Below are positions 49,160-56,684 of a DNA stretch of 64,000 nt, piece by piece (the first letter of the stretch is position 1; every line of letters starts with the position of its first letter). The notes under the pieces are model-generated. The model was not told the DNA's origin. It made no database searches and saw only the letters and a program-made list of their open reading frames with translations. Origin of the DNA: a virus (lineage: Duplodnaviria > Heunggongvirae > Uroviricota > Caudoviricetes); the IMG/VR virus record IMGVR_UViG_3300025326_000020; one strand, 5' to 3'. The position numbers were made by a program, and so were the translations under genes.

Positions 49160-49235
49160 CCTCCTTGATTCAGTAGCAAGAATCGAACTTGCACATTGAC
49201 GCCGAGTAACCAGCCGCCTCTTCCATTTGGGCTAT
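49160..49235 (-). ncRNA. tRNA-like element or pseudogene with no foldable anticodon arm
   Basis: perfect acceptor TTCAGTA/TACTGAA and T-arm GCAAG-TTCGATT-CTTGC; 74 nt; central region fails to form a 5-bp/7-nt anticodon arm. Confidence 0.4.
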
Positions 49236-49368
49236 ACTGAACTTAGTAAGTTAAGGTTACTGCTAGCGACCTCCACAGCATACGTACGATACTGACGGAA
49301 CCCATTCGCCTGACCCGTATAGTCCTACTGCCATCGTGCCCGTCGACACTCCCTCACCTTAACTTACG

Positions 49369-49441
49369 CGCGATCGACCGGATTCGAACCGGCATACCCC
49401 ACCTTGACAGGGTGGTTCATTAACCATTATGATACAACCGC
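49369..49441 (-). tRNA. tRNA-Asp (anticodon GTC)
   Basis: acceptor GCGGTTG/CGATCGC (two G-U pairs); D-arm TCATAATGGTTAATGA; anticodon arm CCACC-CTGTCAA-GGTGG; T-arm GCCGG-TTCGAAT-CCGGT. Confidence 0.65.
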
Positions 49442-49557
49442 AAGTGAGTACTTCCGAATGATATGCCACAGTCAAACACATTCGGATTAGCATGACAATC
49501 GTACCTAGCTGTGGCCGGTATTCATGCCGTGACGGTACTCGCGCCAACTCTTAGGTG

Positions 49558-49854
49558 TTACTGGAATTTCTTGTGAAGCTTTATCTTAGCTAGTGTGTTA
49601 TTCCTGTTGACCATAGGCCCTGTGGTGCTTACGTGCAGGTCAGACAGAATCTCATCTATTACATCGTTGCGAATTTTATCCTCAACTCTGCTCCGATATG
49701 CTTTCATCACTGGTGTTAGTTTATCCAACATGTGATCACCTATACCAACAAAAAAGTCAGCTAGTGCATCAGCTTCTTCCGTTGTCATATCAGTATCACG
49801 GTGTGCATTTACCAGGAACTTGTTGCGTATCGCATCGGCTGTAACAGTTAACAT
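49558..49854 (-). CDS. hypothetical protein
   Basis: ORF. Confidence 0.4.
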   Translation of the reverse strand: MLTVTADAIRNKFLVNAHRDTDMTTEEADALADFFVGIGDHMLDKLTPVMKAYRSRVEDKIRNDVIDEILSDLHVSTTGPMVNRNNTLAKIKLHKKFQ

Positions 49855-50046
49855 TTATAACTCCACTAGTTCTATTCGTGTACTATAGTTGAATCATCAT
49901 ATTCAGTTGGCCCGTCCTTGTACAACTCACGGTACTGTTTGAGTCCAATTGAAAACTCGAACGCGCGGTCGCTATCACCTTTGATTTCCGCACGCTTTAT
50001 TTCAAGTAAGTATTCACGTTCAATAGTATCAAACTTCTTGCTCATG

Positions 50047-50119
50047 TGGACAGTATCGGATTCGAACCGATCGCCTTCGCATTGCAGGTGCGATGCTCTA
50101 CCTAATGAGCTAACCGCCC
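50047..50119 (-). tRNA. tRNA-Ala (anticodon TGC) with unusual C33
   Basis: D-arm GCTCATTAGGTAGAGC; anticodon arm TCGCA-CCTGCAA-TGCGA; T-arm ATCGG-TTCGAAT-CCGAT. Confidence 0.6.
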
Positions 50120-50216
50120 TAGTGAGTGCTGTTCTATGTAGTTAACACTACAGATCTCAAACTTTATGGAATACCTCGCGAGTACCCAATGGCTAGCACT
50201 CATAGCCAAGATTATA

Positions 50217-51218
50217 TCAGTTGATAAGCAGCAACTTAGTACCAGGAACCAACTTGCGGTTCACCGATGTTGATTGCACAAATACGTCGAACTTGTCATT
50301 ATCTTCTGGTGAAACTCGAACTTCTTCTGGACGCAAACCAAGCATATCACGAACCTGATCACCTGAGAAGACTCTGCCTGTGGATTTTTCTAGTACAGCA
50401 ATGTTCTTTTGTGGTTGAATAGATTCTCTCTTTGTAAGTTGGTAGTAAGCAATACCAAGGTAAAAGTTGTGTCCCTTGCCAATTACCCACTCACGAATAG
50501 GAGCAGCTTCATCAACATCAAGCATAGTGAATTTGGTTTTAGGCAGTGCCTTAAGCTTCGCTGCCTTGATGGTAGCCTTGTTTAGTGCAGTTGCATCCAT
50601 CTGGAATAAAGATCTGGAACCACGCACACCCGATGTTCGACTAACCATGAAATTTTCAGTTGCTTGTCTGATAGTCTTACCAACTTCAACAACACCTTGT
50701 GCACTGGTAGCATCCCAAATTGCGATGTTGTCTGCTGGGAAACCAAACTTCTTAGCTTCAAATTTGCACCGTTGATCAGGTACTAAGACAGCCACAGTCC
50801 AATGATCTGGTTGTGTTGCCAATCGGTTGAGTAGATCTGATGGACGTCGATGACTTGCATTTTCCTGTCCATCAGTAAGAACGTATGTTAGGAACGCGTG
50901 ATCTCCATAAAGTTCAGGAGTATGTCCTAGATCTTCTTGTGACTTTAGAGTTGCATCGATCAGTGCAGTCATTCCCGCCGTACGGTAGTGCTTTGCAATA
51001 GATGGCAGACGAAGAACATCCTTGTCGTATACCACGCACTGTACAGCATCGGAAAAGACATAAACACTAACTCTAGTTTCTTGATCCAATTCCTTAGATC
51101 GTTGTGCTAGGTATGCGGTTTGTGCATCTGCCACCTGAACAACTTCTCTTGACAAATCTCTCATGGAGTCAGATGCATCAAGAACAAGAGCAATGTGATT
51201 AATATAATTTGCTGACAT
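50217..51218 (-). CDS. von Willebrand factor A (vWA) domain protein
   Basis: N-terminal MIDAS-like LVLDASDSM...VYVFSD; 333 aa. Confidence 0.6.
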   Translation of the reverse strand: MSANYINHIALVLDASDSMRDLSREVVQVADAQTAYLAQRSKELDQETRVSVYVFSDAVQCVVYDKDVLRLPSIAKHYRTAGMTALIDATLKSQEDLGHTPELYGDHAFLTYVLTDGQENASHRRPSDLLNRLATQPDHWTVAVLVPDQRCKFEAKKFGFPADNIAIWDATSAQGVVEVGKTIRQATENFMVSRTSGVRGSRSLFQMDATALNKATIKAAKLKALPKTKFTMLDVDEAAPIREWVIGKGHNFYLGIAYYQLTKRESIQPQKNIAVLEKSTGRVFSGDQVRDMLGLRPEEVRVSPEDNDKFDVFVQSTSVNRKLVPGTKLLLIN

Positions 51219-51247
51219 GATATCCCTTTTGTTATAGTTTAATTGAG

Positions 51248-51319
51248 TAGTCCCATAGGGAATCGAACCCTATCCTACGCGGTGAAAGCGCGCAAAGCTA
51301 ACCAATACTCAATGGGACC
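51248..51319 (-). tRNA. tRNA-Glu (anticodon TTC)
   Basis: acceptor GGTCCCA/TGGGACT; anticodon arm GCGCG-CTTTCAC-CGCGT; T-arm TAGGG-TTCGATT-CCCTA. Confidence 0.65.
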
Positions 51320-51520
51320 GAATGCTCAGATGTACTTATTACCTACCATACCTTGTTGAGCTAGCTTACCTAACCGTCGCCAGGTAGAATGTACTTTCTG
51401 CAACTGATCTGGACGGTTAATTGTACTGGTAAACTTGTTCAGGAACTCACGTTCGATGGTACTATATGGCGTTTTAGTGCTGTATACCAGCGTGTTGTCT
51501 ACCATGAGCCCATTTCCTGT

Positions 51521-51709
51521 CTAGTCGAATACCTTGTTACAATTGGTACAAACCCATCGCCTCTTACCATTAATTGGTGGCAATGATTTTATATAGCTAA
51601 CAACCGGTATGGCATTGGGATCATGATGCCAACATCTTTGTTGAATTCTTTTTATAGTTGATATAGCAGTAATTGCGAATTTATACTTGAATACAACAAA
51701 TTCCATCAA
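51521..51709 (-). CDS. small zinc-ribbon protein
   Basis: C-terminal WVCTNCNKVF. Confidence 0.35.
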   Translation of the reverse strand: MMEFVVFKYKFAITAISTIKRIQQRCWHHDPNAIPVVSYIKSLPPINGKRRWVCTNCNKVFD

Positions 51710-52092
51710 GAACCAACCTGTTGACCGTCATTGTCCCAGTGAAACTCAACCACTGGTCGGTGCACACGACAGTTAACACAGTAAGTGGCACCGTAAAATT
51801 TTGGGTCACGAGCATAGGTTTCTGAAATCGATTGTGACATTGTTGTTACAACACCACAGTAATCGTGTACATAGCTGTTGCGGTAAGGTCTAACAAAACC
51901 CTTACCACGTTCCTCTTCGGACAGAACCAAATAAACCTCAGCCTGTGGTACTGGCGGCCCATCTAATGATTCTGCCCCACGTGTTAATCTAGGATCGCTA
52001 GGATCAGATGTTGTTCCTGTCATCGTATCTCCACTGGTGTCAGGTTGGCATGACCTCATCCCATACCAGCTTCTTAGTTCAGTGTTCCGCAC
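51706..52092 (-). CDS. hypothetical protein (YCVNCRVHRP motif)
   Basis: ORF. Confidence 0.4.
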   Translation of the reverse strand: MRNTELRSWYGMRSCQPDTSGDTMTGTTSDPSDPRLTRGAESLDGPPVPQAEVYLVLSEEERGKGFVRPYRNSYVHDYCGVVTTMSQSISETYARDPKFYGATYCVNCRVHRPVVEFHWDNDGQQVGS

Positions 52093-52175
52093 CTGAATAA
52101 TATAAGAAGCCGCTCTTTGAACCTCTAGTACTTATGCGGTCCGTACTGTGTTACGAGTCTAAGCTACACCTGACG

Positions 52176-52247
52176 TCGGGATAGAAGGAATTGAACCTTC
52201 TGCCTCTCGCTCCCAAAGCGAGCGTTCTTCCGATGAACTATATCCCG
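52176..52247 (-). tRNA. tRNA-Pro (anticodon TGG)
   Basis: perfect acceptor CGGGATA/TATCCCG; anticodon arm CTCGC-TTTGGGA-GCGAG; T-arm GAAGG-TTCAATT-CCTTC. Confidence 0.7.
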
Positions 52248-52387
52248 TATGTATTAGGAGGGGAATTAGTTTTGCTGGCGCTAGCAATTCCATGGATACC
52301 ATTGCACTCTTTGAGGAACCAGACAGCGATCAACTTGCTGGCGATGCATAGTCGTCAACTACATCCCCTGTCTAACACGACTACCTG

Positions 52388-52460
52388 TCGACTACTCAGG
52401 AGTTGAACCTGAATCTCCCATGTTATCAGCATGGTGCTTTACCTGTTAAGCTAATAGTCG
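52388..52460 (-). tRNA. tRNA-Ile (anticodon GAT)
   Basis: acceptor CGACTAT/GTAGTCG; D-arm GCTTAACAGGTAAAGC; anticodon arm CCATG-CTGATAA-CATGG; T-arm TCAGG-TTCAACT-CCTGA. Confidence 0.7.
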
Positions 52461-52631
52461 TTGGATGGTGATGAAAATTACCTCACATCCATGTTTCTAT
52501 CTAATCGGCCAGATCGTATAGCATGGATTCTTTTGGCTCTAATCAACGGAGTATGAACAGAACGGCTCACTTGTTAACATACTCTTTTACCATCTAGGTT
52601 TCCTATAGATCGTGCACTATCTACTGGTCCC

Positions 52632-52712
52632 GTGGGTCGGAAGGATTCGAACCTTCATCACCGGCATTGCTGCCCGCTCTACCATTTGAGCTACTAACCC
52701 TCGAACAGCGCA
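52632..52712 (-). ncRNA. tRNA-like element: canonical D-arm and T-arm, GNRA tetraloop hairpin (GGCA-GCAA-TGCC) in place of the anticodon arm, mismatched acceptor; 3' side ends in the CGACCCAC repeat
   Basis: D-arm GCTCAAATGGTAGAGC; T-arm GAAGG-TTCGAAT-CCTTC; no anticodon loop; 5'/3' acceptor strands not complementary. Confidence 0.45.
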
Positions 52713-52853
52713 ATCTTCGTCTTCCAGGACTAGGATACTATTGCTGCCGGTCCCCTGGAAAGGACTTGCACAGAACAGGATTATGAGTCCTGCCCAGTAC
52801 CTTTATCGTGGAGAGTGGTTAGCTCTCCACGCCCGGTTACCAGCCGGGAGCTA

Positions 52854-53087
52854 TTATGGCTTTACTACACCGTGCACAGTAATCTGCATTTGATCACTGT
52901 CTGTCGGTGTGTACTCTTTATGTTCCTGAACAGATACTCTACTTTCTGGAACCATGTTCTTACATTGTTCTACTAACCAACGTAGATCTTCTAGAGTTAT
53001 AGGTTCGTTTATAGATATATCAGTTTGTATTTTTCTACTCACGTGGGGAATCATGGATTTGAACCACTCGTTTGGATTCCGGCCCAA
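52854..53087 (-). CDS. hypothetical protein
   Basis: ORF; partly overlaps a degenerate tRNA-like element. Confidence 0.3.
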   Translation of the reverse strand: MGRNPNEWFKSMIPHVSRKIQTDISINEPITLEDLRWLVEQCKNMVPESRVSVQEHKEYTPTDSDQMQITVHGVVKP

Positions 53088-53122
53088 ACTTTACCGTGCG
53101 TGCACGTCTGCACATCCCCTAT
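53045..53122 (-). ncRNA. degenerate tRNA-like element (T-loop TTCAAAT, GGGG/CCCC ends)
   Basis: T-loop and partial acceptor only; no canonical D or anticodon arms. Confidence 0.3.
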
Positions 53123-53165
53123 GTCGTTGACATTCAGCCTAGCAAGCATGAGCAGCAATGTCAAG

Positions 53166-53381
53166 CTAGATTTCCTCTTGATCACTAGGCTGTCTATGTT
53201 GCTTACGCTTGTTCTTAATTGCGTAGAATGTCCTATTTAACCGTTTTGCTAGTTGCTGGATGCTTAGATCACCAGTGGCTATCAGTGCAATCTCCCAGTC
53301 TTCCCACGGTTGGTGGTTTCTGGTTGCATATGCTAACGATCTGGCTTGACGTGATTGCTCTATTGCTTTTCTTCTAGCCAT
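53166..53381 (-). CDS. small HTH DNA-binding protein (start moved to internal Met to clear the tRNA)
   Basis: LSIQQLAKRLNRTFYAIKNKR helix-turn-helix-like. Confidence 0.4.
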   Translation of the reverse strand: MARRKAIEQSRQARSLAYATRNHQPWEDWEIALIATGDLSIQQLAKRLNRTFYAIKNKRKQHRQPSDQEEI

Positions 53382-53411
53382 AATTTCCAAAGTTTCTACT
53401 ATTTTACGAAG

Positions 53412-53484
53412 TGCTCTCAGAGGGATTCGAACCCTCACTTATCAGGACTTAAATCTGATGCCTCTGCCGTTGGGCTATGAGAGC
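53412..53484 (-). tRNA. class-I tRNA with leucine-type anticodon TAA (identity uncertain)
   Basis: perfect acceptor GCTCTCA/TGAGAGC; anticodon arm TCAGA-TTTAAGT-CCTGA (one A.C mismatch); T-arm GAGGG-TTCGAAT-CCCTC; discriminator A. Confidence 0.55.
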
Positions 53485-53626
53485 TTGTGTTGGAATCATC
53501 GAACTTCTTAAAACATGCTTGACATTGTATAAACCTAGTATTATTTATTGCGACCCCTAAATAATACACCTCATCTTGACCACATTGCGGACAAGAGTAG
53601 GACATCTTCTTCATTTGAGTCTCCAA
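53435..53626 (-). CDS. small zinc-ribbon protein (C-terminal 16 codons run through the tRNA)
   Basis: CPQCG...CQAC. Confidence 0.35.
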   Translation of the reverse strand: METQMKKMSYSCPQCGQDEVYYLGVAINNTRFIQCQACFKKFDDSNTSSHSPTAEASDLSPDK

Positions 53627-53835
53627 TTCTTTTTACGTTGTGCTGCTCGTGCGCTCAGAATACCACCTACCGTAACTAGAACGTCATAGTTAGGTTCCTG
53701 CACTATGGCAACAATTAAGTTAGCTGCTTGTTGCTGATCCATACCATCTTCTATTAGCGCGATGAAACCAGCTATGACTTCATCAGTCATCCCCATCTGT
53801 CTGGCCTTAGCCACTATGTCATCAGTGCCTTGCAT
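53611..53835 (-). CDS. hypothetical protein
   Basis: ORF. Confidence 0.4.
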   Translation of the reverse strand: MQGTDDIVAKARQMGMTDEVIAGFIALIEDGMDQQQAANLIVAIVQEPNYDVLVTVGGILSARAAQRKKNWRLK

Positions 53836-53855
53836 GATTTCTCCTGATCATTGTC

Positions 53856-53936
53856 GGAACGGCGTAGGCCCCGGACTACATGCGGCTCTGGTGACTCGCC
53901 AGCAGCAAAGCTCCTGACACTTTCCTAGCCGTTCCT
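53856..53936 (-). ncRNA. candidate structured RNA: 8-bp terminal stem GGAACGGC/GCCGTTCC with bulged extension and internal hairpin
   Basis: inverted repeats enclosing ~65 nt in an ORF-free interval 3' of rsr. Confidence 0.3.
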
Positions 53937-54221
53937 TAGTTGACCTAACCCCTATCAACATGTTAGCCCTTTAACGTGGTGACCACTGGATCTATAAGCT
54001 AACTTCCCCACGGTGTTAAGGTGCTTGGCTCCATCGGTGAGTCAATATGCCAAGCCGCACGCTCATCGTGCCCGTCGTGATATAGCATCAGCAATCGTAG
54101 CTTTGCTGCCTCAGCCCCCAAGGCTACTATACCAGCCGTGTCAAACGCAGTTTTGAGTCTCCCTTCAAGGACCAACTCTAACTGGCTCACTAACCTATCC
54201 TATGTAACAAATAGGATAGAC

Positions 54222-54363
54222 TGCCTCGATCGCTGGACTTGAACCAACAACCTCCAACTTAGCATCCCAGATCACTGTGGCCACAGCTCCCCTTTGTCTA
54301 AAACATGTGTGTACACACATGTTTTAGTTTTGTCGGTGCTCTATCCAATTGAGCTAGATCGAG
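54222..54363 (-). ncRNA. candidate Y RNA (YrlA-like tRNA mimic): tRNA scaffold with ~75-nt insertion replacing the anticodon arm
   Basis: perfect 7-bp acceptor CTCGATC/GATCGAG; canonical D-arm TAGCTCAATTGGATAGAGC; T-arm GTTGG-TTCAAGT-CCAGC; insertion contains a 14-bp perfect hairpin CTAAAACATGTGTG/CACACATGTTTTAG and the 12-nt palindrome CTGTGGCCACAG; ~290 nt 3' of the Ro60 orthologue on the same strand. Confidence 0.5.
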
Positions 54364-54434
54364 TAGTGGCTCTCCTTTTTCTCACCAGTGGCGAGAGCCG
54401 TTCCACTAACCGGAATCAGTGCAGTCGCTGAACA

Positions 54435-54653
54435 CTAACCCGGGAGACTAGTTGTTATAGTACGTGAATACAATTCATCCAGCCTTGTATCAATAGGACG
54501 CTTGAAATAAAAACGAACACTACCAATGTGGGTTGCGAGTGGATGAGCTGATACCAATTCCCAACCCTGTAGACCTAAAGAATCTAAGATCTCTTGCTGG
54601 TTATCAGGGTGACGAGCAACTTCGGTTTTGTATTCCCACAACACGTGAATCAT
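54435..54653 (-). CDS. small DUF4177-like protein
   Basis: LGLQGWELVS motif; overlaps the rsr stop. Confidence 0.4.
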   Translation of the reverse strand: MIHVLWEYKTEVARHPDNQQEILDSLGLQGWELVSAHPLATHIGSVRFYFKRPIDTRLDELYSRTITTSLPG

Positions 54654-56281
54654 ATGTTACCAGCCGAGAATTGTGATACCAGTGCTGGTAGATTAGCGTC
54701 GCCACCAACTACGTCTAACATTCCACGATCGCTAGGATCTGCAATCGTAAAGTTGGTAGCAGATGCAGCCGCAACAATCAGCTTAGCATCAATACCTGTC
54801 TTCTGTCGGTACTGCTTTATTGCCTGGAATGGATGTACGTCACCAAACCAAGTCTCATTGTCAGTGTATATCATAAAGGTATCGACTGCAATGTTGTGCT
54901 TGGCAGCGTAAAGCATCGGCTGTGCACAATCCGTACGACCAAACGACATACTGTTAGTAATTCGCAGAACATCATCTAGACGCATTCCAGGAGAAATACC
55001 TAGATCCTTCATTACATCTGAGAAACCAAAGGCTAGATAGAATGGCTCAGTCTTAGCAACTGAAAGGACCATTGCCGCACCAAGTTCAGCAGCAGTCAGA
55101 TCTAGTCCTGATGCAGCCTGCTTCATTGAACCAGAAACGTCAAGACCAATGAAGAATCTCTTGTTCGATGGCTCAACATAACTAAAGGACTTGTAGAATG
55201 CATCGTTCAATGCATCCACAATTACTGGTGAAGTTGTCCAGTCCTTAGGCTTATAAGCTGCTGGACCACCGAAGCCCATAGGGTATTTATATCCACCCTG
55301 TGTCTCACGAGCAATTTGACCCTTAGTATGCACCATTAGTGCAAGCAAGAACTGAATAGGGTGTAGTCTGGTCTTCTGAATCATTGTCTCGTTAGTGAGC
55401 GCGGTTGCAATCTCACGAGCGAACACCATATCGTTGAACATACCCAATCTTGCAAAGCGAGTAATGTTACGAACAAGTGCCTGACCAGTGAGCTGTCCAT
55501 TGCGGTAAAGCTGATGCCAGACTCTCGGTTCCTTATGGTACTGAGTTGGCACAACTTCCCATGGTAGACCAGGAACAGCTTCTAGTACATTCAAAAGTTC
55601 TTCAACATTTGGTGCTGCCTGTGCAATCTTAAAACCTGCAACTAGTTGGTGTTCACCACTATCAAAGCCAGTCTTACCAAGGATGAACTCACCAATACCT
55701 GGTACAAAACTGCCCTTAACGTGTGATAGTCTAAACATATCACGATGAGTCCAACCGTCGCGCTGGCGATACTTAACCGCCTGGTAGGCTAGCTGGTCTG
55801 GCGTCTTGTGGGTGTACCAGTCAGCTACCGCACGGCGCTTGGTCTTGCCCCAACCACCACCACCGTAATAAGTTCCTAGGTACTTTGCGAACTCATACAG
55901 CATAGTAGATGTACGGCACACACGCTGCACCAAGCTAGATAGGTCACGCTTCTTACCATATTTACCAAGTGCCGCCACTACAAAGACAGCGTACTTGTTA
56001 CGGAAAGCACGACCAGATTCTGAAACTTCCAGAACTGTGTCAATAACTAGCTGCTCATCACGATCAATTAGATCAATTAGGAAGTTCACGTTTTCACGTG
56101 TAAGAGGCTTCTCATCCTGGTAGTAGGTACCTTTCTCAGTACCAACAATTAGGAATCTTTCAAGTCTAACCTTGTCTGATACAGCGAAGACAAACCCACC
56201 AGCATTGTTCTTAACCTGATCTAGTCGAGCCTGCTCACGCTGTGTTGATGCAGTAAGGCTGCGAGAAAATACGTCACTCAT
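54650..56281 (-). CDS. rsr: Ro60/Rsr orthologue (TROVE domain + C-terminal vWA domain)
   Basis: N-terminal VRLERFLIVGTEKGTYY aligns with the human Ro60 RLHRFLCFGSEGGTYY region; C-terminal vWA with MIDAS FFIGLDVSGSM; 543 aa, typical Ro60 size. Confidence 0.8.
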   Translation of the reverse strand: MSDVFSRSLTASTQREQARLDQVKNNAGGFVFAVSDKVRLERFLIVGTEKGTYYQDEKPLTRENVNFLIDLIDRDEQLVIDTVLEVSESGRAFRNKYAVFVVAALGKYGKKRDLSSLVQRVCRTSTMLYEFAKYLGTYYGGGGWGKTKRRAVADWYTHKTPDQLAYQAVKYRQRDGWTHRDMFRLSHVKGSFVPGIGEFILGKTGFDSGEHQLVAGFKIAQAAPNVEELLNVLEAVPGLPWEVVPTQYHKEPRVWHQLYRNGQLTGQALVRNITRFARLGMFNDMVFAREIATALTNETMIQKTRLHPIQFLLALMVHTKGQIARETQGGYKYPMGFGGPAAYKPKDWTTSPVIVDALNDAFYKSFSYVEPSNKRFFIGLDVSGSMKQAASGLDLTAAELGAAMVLSVAKTEPFYLAFGFSDVMKDLGISPGMRLDDVLRITNSMSFGRTDCAQPMLYAAKHNIAVDTFMIYTDNETWFGDVHPFQAIKQYRQKTGIDAKLIVAAASATNFTIADPSDRGMLDVVGGDANLPALVSQFSAGNI

Positions 56282-56329
56282 TCTCCGACCCCTTCCGGGA
56301 TATTTTAGTGTTAGTTTTGTTTGGTTAAG

Positions 56330-56422
56330 TGGAGGTATAAGGATTCGAACCTTATCTACACAGTTAGCTAAACTGCGCTCATTAGGTGGCTATCCTAATG
56401 GCCCGTGACCCCCAAGGTACGT
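56330..56422 (-). ncRNA. tRNA-like structured element 5' of rsr (T-arm plus two hairpins; acceptor not closable)
   Basis: T-arm TAAGG-TTCGAAT-CCTTA; hairpins CATTAGG-ATAGCCA-CCTAATG and CAGTT-TAGCT-AACTG. Confidence 0.35.
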
Positions 56423-56454
56423 TGGATATAATTTAAATATAGGCGTGCGCAGGA

Positions 56455-56560
56455 TCATGGGTTCCGATTTGAACGGAAGTTTCACATCTACGATGTGTGT
56501 CTTGCCACATTAGACGACCCTTGATAACCTATACTCGTCCGACCCAACGTAATGTTAGTA
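56455..56560 (-). ncRNA. tRNA-like member of the GTGGGTCGGA repeat family
   Basis: 5' GTTGGGTCGGA-CGAG-TATAGGTTATC; 3' T-arm-like TCCG-TTCAAAT-CGGA followed by ACCCA, which pairs with the 5' TGGGT. Confidence 0.35.
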
Positions 56561-56684
56561 TTCCCAACCACACCAACAATCTACTATTTCTTCTTTAGTC
56601 CATGGTGTGGTGTCATGCTTCAAAATCTTTTTTATCAGTTCAGTTTTACCTGAATTTGGATGGCCAATAACACCTATTGTTTGT

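Noticed and set aside
49442-49545. possible tmRNA (long tRNA-like with tRNA-Asp-type 3' end)
   Set aside because: The whole structured stretch is only ~180 nt, with no resume-codon/tag ORF and no 5' GGGG acceptor half. It reads better as tRNA-Asp plus a leader.
53510-53550. sigma70-like promoter TTGACA...TATTAT on the + strand
   Set aside because: Spacer is only 14 nt, it lies inside a - strand ORF, and no + strand gene follows.
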